From NCBI GenBank assembly GCA_963842525.1, contig CAWJGT010000009.1, forward strand, positions 1,312,001 to 1,376,000: DNA of 64,000 bases. Direction: 5' to 3'. Source of the DNA: an uncultured Holophagales bacterium. Its GTDB lineage: Bacteria; Acidobacteriota; Thermoanaerobaculia; Multivoradales; UBA5704. Below are positions 42,163-61,687 of the stretch, piece by piece (the stretch's first letter is position 1; every line of letters begins with the position of its first letter). The position numbers and the translations under genes are program-made. Under the pieces are notes generated by a model. It did not search any database. It was not told the DNA's origin and saw only the letters and a list, made by a program, of their open reading frames with translations.

Positions 42163-45100
42163 GCGCGGCCCGGGCGCGGCGGGCGAGGAGGCCATAGCCG
42201 GCCGCGGCGGCCTCTCGTGCGACCGCCGCCAGCCGTGCGCGGCCGGTGGCCTCGCCCGTCTCATCGGCACCGGCCTCCAGGGTGCCGAGGATGAGCCGGG
42301 CCTCCAGGGCGAGCGGGCGCAGGCCCATGTGCTCCGCTTCGGCGAGGGTGGCGCGTAGCGCACCAGCCGCCTGGCGAACCTGTCCTGTCGCCGCTTGAAC
42401 CCGCGCCGCGGCCAGGGACGCCTGGAGCTGAAGCACCCGGTTCTCGCAGGCGGCGAGAGGCTCTGCGGCGCGCTGGACCTCGGCGGCGGCAGCGTCCTTG
42501 CGGCCCTGGGCCAGGGCGGCCAGGACGAGCACGGTCCGCGCCGGCAGCTCGTCATCCGGCGACGGTTTCGCTCCCAGGGTGGCCAGGGATGCGCGCACCA
42601 TGGCGGCCCCGGCCTCGGCCTGGCCGGCGTCCACCAGGACCCGCGCCAGCTCGACCCTCTGGCGCGCCGCCCAGAGCTTCTCGCCCACGGCGTCGAGGCC
42701 GGCGGCGGACGCCCCCAGCTCTCGTTGCGCCGCAGGCAGATCGCCGCGCAGAGCCAGCACCTGTCCCTGCAGGCCCCGGTCCTCGGCCACTCCGGACGCC
42801 TCGCCGGTCGAGCGATGCAGCGCCAGGGCACGGGATACCAGGTCCGCCGCTTCCTGGAGCTTCCCTTCCTCGATGGAGAGCGCGGCCAGATTGGAGAGCA
42901 CCGCCGCCTCGCTGCTGCGGTCGCCGAGCTCGCGCAGGGTGGCCGCTGTCTCCGCGAACAAGGCTCGCGCCTGAATGCGCCGACCCAACCGCTGGTCGAC
43001 GCGCGCCAGGTTGACGCCGATCTGGGCCGCCGTCCTCTTCGCTCCGATGCGGCGGAAGATGGCCAGCGCCTCCTCATAGCTTTCCCGAGCCCCGGCCAGG
43101 TCGCCGCGCTCCGAGAGGGTGACGCCGATGTTGGTCAGGCCGAGACCTCGGGTCTCCTCATTCCCGGTCGCACGGCCGATGGCGATGACCTCCTCGAACG
43201 TCCGGCGGGCGGCGGCAAGTTCACCCTGCTGCGCGAGGACGGAGCCGACGGCGCTGAGCGCCGTGGCCGCCGAGACGAGGTCTCCGGACGCCCGGAACAG
43301 CTCGTGGGCGCGCTCGTCGGCGACCCGCGCCTCGGGCAGGCGGCCGAGAGCGCGGAGGCCGACCCCCTGGAAGTACAGCGCCCGTGCGACCACGAGCGGC
43401 GCATCCTGGAGCTCCCCTTCGCGTTTGGCGCCTGCCGCAGCCTCGAGCGCCTGCTCGTAGTCGCCGAGGCTCAGGGAGGCTTCGGCTTCGACGAGGTCGA
43501 TCCGCGGGTCGTCGCGCCCGGGAAGCGCCGACGCGCGCAGGAGCGCGACCGTGTCGAGGGCGGCGACCGCGTCTCCCTTCTGGATCTGCACCCGCCCCAG
43601 GCGGAGGCCGTATTCGAAGTCGTCGGGAAAGCGGGTCCACAGCTCGCGATAGACGGCGGCTGCCGGCTCCCACTGCCGCAACGTCTCGTAGAAGCGGGCC
43701 TCCACCCGCCGCCGGGATTCATAACCGAGCGCGGACGAGCGGCGGAAAGCCTCCCGCGCGGACTCCTCGGCGCGTGCCTGCCAGCCCAGCGTCTTCCAGG
43801 CGGCGGCCAGCTCGGCCCGGATGAGCGCATTGTCCGGATCGGCGTCGCGCGCCTGTTCGAGCAGGCTCGTCGCCTGCAGGGTCTCGAAGCGCGAGAGCTT
43901 CTCCAGGCCCTCGGCATAGAGGCGGGCAGCACGCACGCTGGCCGGCCGGGCCGCCTGCATCGCCTCCTTTTCCGCAGTGGACAGATCCTCCATTCCCAGG
44001 CCGTGGCGCAACCGCATGCCGAGCGTATCGATCAGATCGAGGAGGGCCTCCTCGGTCCCGTCCTCGCGCACCGAGCCGACGATCTCGCCGCTGCGGGCGT
44101 CCTGGATCGTCACGGTACAGCGGACCCGTCCGCGCTGGCGGGCGAGGTACGCGCCGGTGATCACGAAGTCGGCGGCGAGGCGGGTACGCAGGCGCGCCAG
44201 GGCCTCCGGAGAGAGGTCCGAGCCGGTCGACAAGGCGAGGTCCTGCCGCGCCCGGGTCACCTGCTCGCCGGGGATCAGCCGCAACCGCTCCCCGGCGGCG
44301 AGCTCGGAAGGCAGGAGTCGCACCAGCGAGCGCTCCACATAGTCCAGCTCCGGATCCCGGGATAGGTTCTCGAAGCCGAACACCGCCACGGCGGGGCGTG
44401 GTGCGGCTGGCGACGGAGCGACGGAAGGCTGCCGGAGGGTCTCCCACGTCCGCCAGCCGATGGCGGCGAGGACGATCAGCACCACGGCTGTGCCCGCGGC
44501 CCACGCCCATCGGGAACGGCGCCGCCGGCGCAACGTGCGCGGTGAGGGCCCCGAGCCACGGGCACCGCCGGAGGTGGACAAGGCCCGCGCCACCTCGACC
44601 GGCGTGGCAAAGCGCTCGGCCGGATCGCTCTCCAGGCAGCGCAGGATCACCTCCTCCCAGAGCGGATCGAGGCCGGGCTCGTAGACGCGCGGCAGCGTCG
44701 GCGGCTCGCACAGGCGCTTGATCGCCGTTCCGACCGCTGTGTCGGCGCTGAACGGCAGACTGCCGGTGACCATCTCGTAAAGGACGATGCCGAAGGCGTA
44801 GACGTCGGTGGCCGGCGTCACCGGCTCGCCCCGGACCTGCTCAGGGGCCATGTAGGCCGGCGAGCCGAGGATGGTACCCGTGCGGGTGACCGAGGCCGAC
44901 ACCGAGCTGCTCCAGGCGAGGCCGAAATCGGTGACCACGGCGCGCAGGCCCTCGGACCCTTGCACCAGCATGACGTTGCCGCTCTTGAAATCGCGATGGA
45001 CGACGCCGGCCTGATGGGCAGCCTGCAGGCCCTCGGCAATGTGGGCGACCAGCGGCAGCGCCTCGGGCGGGGTCAGCCGTCCCGTGCGCTGGAGGCACTC

Positions 45101-45448
45101 CTCCAGCGTCTCGCCGCACAGCAGCTCCATGGTGATGAACGCGAGATCGGCCCCGCCCTCTCCATGGTGATGGAACAGGTCGAAGGTCCGGCAGACGCTG
45201 GGATGGGTGACCCGGCGGGCGAGCTGGATCTCGCGCTTGAAGCGGTGCAGCACCTCCGGATCGCGGGCGATCTCGGGGCGCAGCACCTTGACGGCCACCT
45301 GCTCCTCGAGCTCGAGGTCCGTGGCCTCGTAGACCTCTCCGATCGCCCCCTCGCCGAGACGGGCGACGATCCGGAAACGGCCGGCAAGAACCTGGCCCGC
45401 TGCCAGCAGCGGTGCGCCGAAACGGCTCTTGGAGGGCGGCTCTTCCAC
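42137..45448 (-). CDS. Hanks-type Ser/Thr kinase with TM helix, TolB-N-like domain and TPR repeats
   Basis: LGEGAIGEVY, VAVK, HRDFKSGN, DFG, GSPAYMAPE, DVYAFG. TM WAWAAGTAVVLIVLAAIGW, then VAVFGFENLS and TPRs. Likely GTG start at 45448 with GAGAGG RBS. Confidence 0.9.
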
Positions 45449-45569
45449 TCTGGTTGACCTCTCAGCCGGGATCAAGGGTACCGTCCTCACTATATCGTGC
45501 CAGGCAGCCCGAAGCGGGAACAACCGTCGGCATGTCCTCCTCCCTACCTCGGTGGGTATGGGGGAGATT

Positions 45570-45947
45570 GCAGTGGGAGTTGCCGCTGCCGCGGTGGGCT
45601 TTGCCGCCGCCGCGGTTGGAGCTGCCGCTCCCACGGGAGCGGTTCGACTCCCCGCGGGGAATGTAGCTGGTCCCGCAGTGGGAGTTGCCGCTGCCGCGGT
45701 GGGCTTTGCCGCTGCCGCGGTTGGAGTTGCCGCTCCCGCGGGAGCGGTTCGACTCCCCGCGGGGAATGCAGCTGGTCCCGCAGTGGGAGTTGCCGCTGCC
45801 GCGGTGGGCTTTGCCGCTGCCGCGGTTGGAGTTGCCGCTCCCGCGGGAGCGGTTCGACTCTCCGCGGGGAATGTAGCTGGTCCCGCAGTGGGGGTTGCCG
45901 CTGCCGCGGTGGGCTTTGCCGCTGCCGCGGTTGGAGTTGCCGCTGCC
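45570..45947. repeat. Tandem array: 105-bp unit (5 x 21 nt), 3.6 copies
   Basis: GCAGTGGG(A/G)GTTGCCGCTGCC recurs at 45570, 45675, 45780 and 45885. Total 378 bp = 18 x 21. Confidence 0.95.
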
Positions 45948-45982
45948 ACGGACGGCTACCCCCGGCAGCCGGCGCTCTCTGC

Positions 45983-45991
45983 TGCTAAAAT
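45983..45991 (+). promoter_or_regulatory. Extended -10 element, probable leaderless desaturase transcript
   Basis: TGCTAAAAT (TGn-TAAAAT) 8 nt before ATG 46000, with no SD sequence. Confidence 0.45.
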
Positions 45992-45999
45992 AACGGCTC

Positions 46000-47001
46000 A
46001 TGCCCAGATCCCTGATGCCTGAAGAGCGCGCGGCGATCCGCAGGCTCTCGCGGCGGAGCAACGCGCGGGCCTTTCTCACCATCGCTCTGGACTGGGGTGT
46101 GATCGCGCTGGCGGCGGCGCTGGCCGAGCTGTCGGCCTCCCCCTGGGTCTATGCGCTGGCCGTCATCGCCATCGCCCGGCAGATGAACGCGCTCTTCGAG
46201 CTCCACCATCACGCGATCCATGCCAACCTCTTCACCCGCAAGGCCTGGAACCGCGCCCTTGAGCCTCTGTACTCGCTGCCGCTCTGGGTCACGGTCGACT
46301 CCGACCGGGCCGACCACATGGAGCACCACCGCACCTTCACCGTAGAGGACTCCCACACCTGGGGCACCGGCTACGGCCTCGATCCGGCGCGGCGACACGA
46401 CCGGCGCTACATGCGTTGGTTCCTCATCATCCGGCCCTTCCTGGGGATCCTGCAGGCGGCCGACCTGCGGGAGATCCTGACCTCCCGGCGATGGCAGGAC
46501 GCTGGCTACCGGCGCCGGGTGCTCGCCTTCTGGGCCTGTGCCGTGGGGCTGCTGATGGTGGCCGGCCGGCTCGACCTGCTGCTCTGGTACTGGCTCGTGC
46601 CGCGCTTCACGGTGTTCCCGATCCTGTTTTTCTGGGACGACATGATGGGCCACTACAACAGCCAGCGCACCGGCACGCGGGAGATGCGCGGCTTCTGGTT
46701 CGCGCTCTTCTGCGCGCACGGCACGAGCTTCCACAACGTCCACCACCTCTTCCCGGCCGTCCCCTGGTTCCGGATGGAGGCGGCCACGAAGGTCGCCGTG
46801 GACGAAGCCGAGGTGGACGTGGCGCACGGCTTCCTGGACGGCATGCGGCAGCTCTGCGAGGTGCCGGAGGCTGGAAGGTCCCCGTCTTGGGCTCAGACCC
46901 CGTCGTGTCATCCTGAGCGCAGCGAAGGATCTGGGGGAAGGCGAAAGAGATCCGACGATTTGGGACCTTGGCTCGCGGAGCCTTCCCGTTCGCGCCAATA
47001 G
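46000..47001 (+). CDS. Membrane fatty acid desaturase
   Basis: His boxes HHHAIH, HMEHH and HNVHHLFP with hydrophobic segments. The C-terminus runs through a REP-like repeat (CHPERSEGS). Confidence 0.88.
   Translation: MPRSLMPEERAAIRRLSRRSNARAFLTIALDWGVIALAAALAELSASPWVYALAVIAIARQMNALFELHHHAIHANLFTRKAWNRALEPLYSLPLWVTVDSDRADHMEHHRTFTVEDSHTWGTGYGLDPARRHDRRYMRWFLIIRPFLGILQAADLREILTSRRWQDAGYRRRVLAFWACAVGLLMVAGRLDLLLWYWLVPRFTVFPILFFWDDMMGHYNSQRTGTREMRGFWFALFCAHGTSFHNVHHLFPAVPWFRMEAATKVAVDEAEVDVAHGFLDGMRQLCEVPEAGRSPSWAQTPSCHPERSEGSGGRRKRSDDLGPWLAEPSRSRQ
46884..46937. repeat. GTCATCCTGAGCG...GAAGGATCT repeat, copy 2, inside the desaturase 3' end
   Basis: Matches 4144-4198. Confidence 0.8.
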
Positions 47002-47045
47002 GTGTTAAAGTTTCTTTCTGGAACGACTCCGATGGGAGCCAAGCC

Positions 47046-47828
47046 ATGAGCCAGTCCGCCGCCGCATCGCTCGCGCGCCTTCCCTTCGAGCTCGTCTACG
47101 AAGACGGGGAGCCCATGGAAGATCACTGGCATGTCGTCGGGAAGGATCTGCTCATCGACCAGGTCCGCCAGGTGATGGCGGAGAGAGGCCGGTCCGACTA
47201 CTTCACCAGCGGCAATATCTTCGTCTACTACTCCTTCAGGCAGGCTGAGGACGTGGTGAAGGGGCGTTCCTACTTCCGCGGTCCGGACTTCTTCTACGTG
47301 GGCGGAGTCGACGGCCGGCGGGAGCGTCACGCCTGGGTGGCGTGGGAAGAGGGAGGGCGTCTCCCCGATCTCATCGTAGAGCTGTTGTCTCCCAAGACGG
47401 CGCAGGTGGATCGGACGACGAAGAAGGAGCTGTACGCCCGGACGTTTCGGACTCCGGAGTATTATCTCTACGACTTCGAGACCCTGAACCTCGAGGGGTT
47501 CCTGCTGGCCGGCGACGCATACGTACCCATGGTGCCCAACGTGCAGGGCCGTCTCCGGAGCCGGCAGCTCGGGCTCGACCTGGGCCTCTGGCACGGACTG
47601 CGGGATGAGGTGGAGACCACATGGTTGCGGTTCTACCATCCCGATGGCCGCCTCGTCCCGACCCGCGACGAAGCCGCGAGTCAGCGTGCCGAGGCTGAGC
47701 ATCAACGTGCCGAAGCTGAGCACCAGCGCGCCGAAACCGAGCGTGAGCGAGCCGAAGCGGCGGAAGCGCGCGCCGAGGCGGCTCTGGCCGAGTTGGAGCG
47801 CCTGCGCGCCAAGCTTGCCCATCTTTAG
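47046..47828 (+). CDS. Uma2-family (DUF820) endonuclease with heptad coiled-coil tail
   Basis: YEDGEPME, GPDFFYV, PDLIVELLS, PEYYLYD and RAEAEHQ repeats. Confidence 0.88.
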   Translation: MSQSAAASLARLPFELVYEDGEPMEDHWHVVGKDLLIDQVRQVMAERGRSDYFTSGNIFVYYSFRQAEDVVKGRSYFRGPDFFYVGGVDGRRERHAWVAWEEGGRLPDLIVELLSPKTAQVDRTTKKELYARTFRTPEYYLYDFETLNLEGFLLAGDAYVPMVPNVQGRLRSRQLGLDLGLWHGLRDEVETTWLRFYHPDGRLVPTRDEAASQRAEAEHQRAEAEHQRAETERERAEAAEARAEAALAELERLRAKLAHL

Positions 47829-48082
47829 ACACTGCCTGAATTCTGCTTGCTAGCCTGCCAGAGGCGCCCGAGGGCGGCGTTCTCCCGACCGTTGCGTCAC
47901 TTCTTGAAAGCGCCAGAAGAGAAGTAGAACACCCGTTCAACTTTCTTGTCCCGCTTTATCGCCTCTGCTGCACTTTGAAGCAAAGCCCGGTAGGCACAAG
48001 GTACATTTCAGCTCGTACGGGGCGTCTACATTTTTCAATTCTCCTCCCCTTTTGGGGAGGTCTGTTGGTTGGAGGGAGATCG

Positions 48083-50305
48083 ATGTACAGACGTGCATTT
48101 GCGTGCCTGTTGCTGCTGATGGTCCGTACCGCAGTGGCGCAGGAGACCCCGGTTCCGGCTTCTTCTTCCCAGTATTCAGTCGAGCCCACTCGGATCTCCG
48201 CCGCTCCCGCGATCGACGGACGGCTGGACGATGCCGTGTGGCAGGACTCGGCGTCCATCGGGAATTTCATCCAGTACGAGCCGCGGGAAGGGGTGCCGGC
48301 GACGGACCAGACCGAGATCCACGTCGCCTACGACGACCATAACCTCTATTTCGCCGTGCGCGCCTGGTCGGCGGAGCCGAACAAGATTGTCGCCAACATC
48401 ATGCGGCGCGACGGCGACCTCTCGAACGACGAGTCGGTGCAGATCTTCCTCGACACCTTCCTCGACCGCAGGAACGCCTTTTTCTTCGCGATCAACCCGC
48501 TGGGCGCCGAGGTGGACGGCCTGGTGCGCAACGAGGGCGAGGAGGTCAACTTCGAGTGGGACGGCCTGTGGGACGCTGTCACCGCCCGCGATGCCAAGGG
48601 ATGGACGGCCGAGATCGCCATCCCGTTCAAGACGCTGCGCTTCAATCACGCCGACGAGCAGGTCTGGGGCCTGAACGTCCGGCGCTTCATCGCGCACCGG
48701 CAGGAAGAGACGCACTGGCGGCCGATCCTGCGGCAGTGGGGGTATTTCGCCCGCTTCAAGGTCTCCGAGTTCGGCGAGCTGCGCGGCCTCCAGGGGGTGG
48801 CCCCCGGCGGGCGCTACCAGCTCGAGCCCTATACGGTGGCGCGCAACGAGCGCCAGGACTTTGGCGGCAAAGAGGGGTACACCAGCGGCGACATCGGCGG
48901 CGATTTCAAATGGAACATCACCTCGAACCTCGTGGCGGACGTGACGGTCAACACCGATTTCGCCGAGGCCGAGTCCGACCTGCAGCAGATCAACCTGACC
49001 CGCTTCAAGCTGTTCTACCCCGAGAAGCGCGAGTTCTTCCTCGAGGGCTCGAACCTCTTCTACTTCGGCGAGCGCATCGAGCCCTATGACGTGCCGGAGC
49101 GCTTCATCATGTTCTTCAGCCGCCAGATCGGCATCGCCGAGAACGGCGTCGAGGACATTCCGGTGCTCGGCGGGGCCAAGGTCTCCGGCCGGGTGGGGAA
49201 GACCGGCATCGGTTTCCTCAACCTGACGACCGACGACTACCGTTTCGCGGGCTTGAACGGGCAGGCGGTCGAACAGCCGCGGACCAACTTCACGGTCCTG
49301 CGGCTCAAGCAGGAGATCTACCCGAAGTCGAGCGTCGGGCTGATCGGTCTCAGCAAGGACCCCTCGGGAGATCATTACAACCGCGGCTACGGCTTCGACT
49401 GGGACCTGGCGATCGGCAAGCACCTGCAGTCGATCGGCTTCGTCACCCAGACCGCCACGCCGGGCCTCGAGGGGAATGACACGGCGGCCTCGGCCGACCT
49501 CCTCTATCAGAACAAGCACATCCGCGCGCGGACGATGGTCCTCGACATCGGCGAGAACTTCAACAACGAGCTCGGCTTCATCACGCGCACCGGCATCCGC
49601 AAGAGCCAGACCGACATCGGCTGGATCTTCAAGCCGCAGAAGCGCCTCGTCCACCGCGGGCTGCTGATCGGCGACTTCAGCCACGTCTCCGACCAGGAGG
49701 GCGAGCTCCAGTCGCAGATCTCGAAGCTCGAGCTCAACCTCTCGGCGCGGAGCCGCGACGGCATCGCCTGGCTGTACTTCGACAGCGTCGAGGTCCTGAA
49801 CGCGCCGCTGGTCCTCGCCCCGGGCGTCGTCGTCCCGCCCGGCCATTACCGGTTCCGCAACCTGTTCACCGGCGTTGCGTCGAGCTACACCCGTCCGCTC
49901 GGGTTCACCGCCTGGTACGACCAGGGAGGCTTCTACAACGGCGACCGCCTGCGCACGCTGCTGTCGGTCGTCTACCGGCCGGTCGACGGCCTGCTGGTGG
50001 CGGTGACGCACGACCGCCAGGACATCGAGCTGCCCACGGCCGGCTTCGTGTCCGACCTCATGTATTCGGATGTCGTCTACTCGTTCACGCCCACGCTCTT
50101 CACCCGCGTCCGCCTGCAGTGGAACAAGGACGACAACGTCCGGGCCAACGTCCTGCTCAACTGGACGTACGGGCCTGGCTCGGACATCTATCTGGTCTAC
50201 AACGAGATCCAGGATCTGAACGATGTCCGGCGAGCCCGGGAATTCAACCCGCTGGCCCCCGGGAGATCCCTGATCATCAAGGCAAGCAAACGGTTCGACT
50301 TTTGA
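48083..50305 (+). CDS. CBM9-like / DUF5916 outer-membrane protein
   Basis: Signal peptide, PAIDGRLDDAVW, YDDHNLYFA, WTAEIAIPF, TVNTDFAEAE, FYPEKREFFLEG, terminal Phe (RFDF). Confidence 0.85.
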   Translation: MYRRAFACLLLLMVRTAVAQETPVPASSSQYSVEPTRISAAPAIDGRLDDAVWQDSASIGNFIQYEPREGVPATDQTEIHVAYDDHNLYFAVRAWSAEPNKIVANIMRRDGDLSNDESVQIFLDTFLDRRNAFFFAINPLGAEVDGLVRNEGEEVNFEWDGLWDAVTARDAKGWTAEIAIPFKTLRFNHADEQVWGLNVRRFIAHRQEETHWRPILRQWGYFARFKVSEFGELRGLQGVAPGGRYQLEPYTVARNERQDFGGKEGYTSGDIGGDFKWNITSNLVADVTVNTDFAEAESDLQQINLTRFKLFYPEKREFFLEGSNLFYFGERIEPYDVPERFIMFFSRQIGIAENGVEDIPVLGGAKVSGRVGKTGIGFLNLTTDDYRFAGLNGQAVEQPRTNFTVLRLKQEIYPKSSVGLIGLSKDPSGDHYNRGYGFDWDLAIGKHLQSIGFVTQTATPGLEGNDTAASADLLYQNKHIRARTMVLDIGENFNNELGFITRTGIRKSQTDIGWIFKPQKRLVHRGLLIGDFSHVSDQEGELQSQISKLELNLSARSRDGIAWLYFDSVEVLNAPLVLAPGVVVPPGHYRFRNLFTGVASSYTRPLGFTAWYDQGGFYNGDRLRTLLSVVYRPVDGLLVAVTHDRQDIELPTAGFVSDLMYSDVVYSFTPTLFTRVRLQWNKDDNVRANVLLNWTYGPGSDIYLVYNEIQDLNDVRRAREFNPLAPGRSLIIKASKRFDF

Positions 50306-50331
50306 CGACGGCCAAGACCGGAGGAGCGGCC

Positions 50332-53300
50332 ATGAGCTCGCAGAATCTGGATCAGGCGATCGCCGTCGTCGGGTTGGCTTGCCGCTTCCCGGGAGCCCGC
50401 AACCCGGAGGAGCTGTGGCGCAATCTGCGCGAAGGGGTGGAAGCGATCCGTCTCCTGTCGGACGAGGAGATGGAGGCGCTCGGCGTGCCGGAAGCGGTGC
50501 GCCGCGACCCCGCGTGGGTGCCGGCGGTCTCCCTGCCCGACGGGATCGAGGAATTCGACGCATCATTTTTCGGCGTCAGCCATCGCGAGGCCGAGATCAT
50601 CGACCCGCAGCAGCGGCTGTTCCTGGAGTGCTGCTGGGAGGCGCTGGAGGACGCCGGCCATCCGCCGGAGCAGGGCTCCAGCCTGGTCGGCGTCTTCGCC
50701 GGGGCGACGACGAGCACCTACCTTCTCTTCAACCTGACGCGCAACCGCCAGGTGATGGCCTCGGTCGACCCGTTGCAGCTCGTGGTCGGCAACGCGGTCG
50801 ACTCGCTGGCGACGCGTGTCTCCTACAAGCTCGACCTCAAGGGGCCGAGCCAGGCGGTGCAGTGCGCCTGCTCGAGCTCGCTGGTGGCGGTCCACCAGGC
50901 CTGCCAGAGCCTCCTCAACCACGAGTGCGACATGGTCCTGGCGGGCGGCGTGTCGGTCAACGTCGCGCAGCGCGCCGGTTACACCTACCAGGAGGACTCG
51001 ATCCTGTCGCCCGACGGCCACTGCCGCGCCTTCGACGCGCGGGCCCGCGGTACGGTCTTCGGTGGCGGCGTGGGCGTAGTGGCGCTCAAGCGGCTGGCGG
51101 ACGCTCTCGCCGACGGCGACACGGTGCGCGCGGTGATCCTCGGCTCGGCGATCAACAACGACGGCGCGGTCAAGGTGGGCTATGCCGCGCCGAGTGTCGA
51201 GGGGCAGGCCGGGGTGATCACCGAGGCGCTGGAGGTCGCGGGCGTCGAAGCCGACTCGATCTCCTACATCGAGGCGCATGGCACGGGCACCAGCCTCGGC
51301 GATCCGATCGAGATCCAGGCCTTGACCAAGGCGTTCCGCGCCTTCACCGATCGCAAGGGTTTTTGCGCTCTCGGATCGATCAAGGCCAATATCGGCCATC
51401 TGGACATCGCATCGGGTATCGCCGGCCTGATCAAGACGGTGCTGGCCCTGGAGCACCGGGAGATCCCGCCGAGCCTGCACTTCACGGAGCCCAGCCCGCG
51501 GATCGACTTCGACGCGAGCCCGGTCTATGTCAACGACCGGTTGCGGCCCTGGAAGAGCGCGGATGCGCCGCGGCGGGCCGGCGTCAGCTCGTTCGGCTTC
51601 GGCGGCACGAACGCGCACGCGATCCTGGAGGAGGCGCCCGAGCGTCCGGCTCCGGCGGCGGAGCGGCCCTGGAAGCTGCTGGTGCTCTCCGCGCGCACGC
51701 CGACGGCCCTGGACGCCGCCACCCGCCGCTTGGCCGGGCATCTCCGCCGCCATCCTGAGGGGAGCCTTGACGATGTTTCGTTCACGCTTCTCGCCGGCCG
51801 GCGGACCTTCCCGTTCCGGCGTGCCTTGATTTGCCGCAATGCCGCGAATAACGCGGACGCGGTGGCCTGCCTGGAGGGGAGAGATCCCGAGCGGGTGCTC
51901 CTGGGGACGGGCGACGAGCCGCGGCAGCGGAAGATTGCCTTTCTGTTCCCGGGGCAAGGTGCGCAGCACGCCGGCATGGGACGCGGCCTGTACGACAACG
52001 AGCCGGTCTATCGGGCGGAGGTCGACCGCAGCTGCGAGCTGCTGCGGCCCCTGCTCGGCCTCGATTTGCGGGAGGTCCTGTTCCCGCGGGCGGGGGAGGA
52101 GAGCGAGGCGGACGAGAAGCTCGCCCGCACGCGGCTGACACAGCCGGCGCTCTTCGTCGTCGAATACTCCCTGGCGCGGCTCTGGATGTCGTGGGGGATC
52201 GAGCCGCAGGCGATGCTCGGCCACAGCGTGGGCGAGTACGTGGCGGCCTGCGTGGCAGGCGTCTTCTCGCTGGAGGACGCCCTGGCCGTGGTGGCCGAGC
52301 GCGGCCGGCTGATCGATGCCCTGCCCGAAGGGGCGATGCTCGGCATCCCCCTCGACGCCTGGGCGGTCTGGGAGCTGGCGTCGGACCTCGTGTGCGGCAT
52401 GGACCGTCCGGGGATTGCGGAGGAGCGGCGCAACGGCGGGCGGACCCGCTGGGAGGGAGGGTCTCTCTCCCTCGCCGCGATCAACGAGCCGGGACGGTCG
52501 GTGATGGCCGGCCCCGAGGAGGCTGTCGCGGAGCTGGAGCGCCGCCTGGCGGAGAAGGGGATCGCGGCGCGGCGGCTCCACACGTCGCACGCCTTCCACT
52601 CGGCCATGATGGAGCCCGCGGTGGCGCCGCTCCTCGATCTCCTGCGCCGGGTGCGCCTCGCGCCGCCGCGCATCCCGTTCGTCTCGAACCTCACCGGCAC
52701 CTGGATCCGGCCCGAGGATGCCATCGACCCCGCGTACTGGGCGCGCCACCTGCGCGAGCCGGTGCGCTTCGCCGACGGCCTGCGCGAGCTGCTCGCCGAG
52801 CGCGACCGGGTCCTCCTGGAGGTCGGGCCGGGCCGCACGCTGACCACGCTCGCGGCACGGCAGGCCGCGGGCCGGCCGGCGATCGCCTCGATGCGCCACC
52901 CGAAGGACGCGGGAGCGGATCAGGCCCGCCTGCTGGAGGCCTTGGGGCGGCTGTGGCTCGCCGGCCACCGGCTCGACCCGGCACGGGTGTTCGCCGGCCA
53001 GGAGCGGCGCCGCGTGCCGCTCCCGACCTACCCCTTCGAACGCCTTCGCTACTGGATCGAGCCGACGCCGGGCGACGAGCTGACGCCGGGCCTCGCCGCA
53101 CAGCCCCGATCCTCGGTGGACGAGGAGCGGACCGTCGAAGACCGGCGGACGGGGGAGAGGACGGAGTCCGAGCAGAAGCTCCATCCGCGTCCGCCGCTCG
53201 CCGTGGCCTACGTGGCGCCGCGCAGCGAGGTGGAGAAGCGGGTGGCCGGCGTGTGGCGCGAGATCCTGGGGCTCGACGAGGTGGGCCTCCACGACAGCTT

Positions 53301-53563
53301 CCTCGAGCTGGGCGGGGACTCTCTCCTCGCCACCCGCCTCATGTCCCGCCTGCGCGAAGAGCTCTCGGTGGAGCTGGCCGTCGAACGGCTCTTCGAAGCT
53401 CCCACCGTGGCCGGCGTCTCCTTTGCCGTCATGGAGAGCCGCGCCGAGCGGGTGCACACCCAGCAGCTCGACTGGCTGCTGTCCCAGATCCAGGGACTAT
53501 CCGAGCAGGAGCTGGAGACCGCCTGGGCCGAAGAGGTCGGCTCCGGGCCGGAGGAGCAACAGC

Positions 53564-53571
<8 letters not shown>
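50332..53571 (+). CDS. Type I PKS module KS-AT-ACP
   Basis: RBS GGAGGAG. KS QCACSSS, EAHGTGT, KANIGH. AT GHSVG/HAFH (malonyl-type). ACP GGDSL. Acidic docking tail. Confidence 0.93.
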
Positions 53572-61607
<8,036 letters not shown>

Positions 61608-61687
61608 CGTCGTGATGTCTTGAGGGCCGGGCCTGTCGTTTTGCAGGTTTGCTGTTTTTGCAGGGTCTGTGGTGAGGGGATGCCGTT

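Noticed and set aside
45488-45503. TGGCAC on the minus strand as a sigma-54 promoter
   Set aside because: Lacks the GC at -12 (reads TGGCACGATATAGTG).
45449-45949. Ala/Pro/Thr-rich N-terminal extension of the kinase
   Set aside because: It is the tandem array read in frame. A GTG with RBS at 45448 and a TATAGT -10-like box near 45490 fit a shorter gene better, though the extension is not strictly excluded.
47680-47790. 21-nt repeats in the Uma2 3' end as part of the array family
   Set aside because: Ordinary RAEAEHQ coiled-coil heptads typical of Uma2 proteins, with no sequence match to the arrays.
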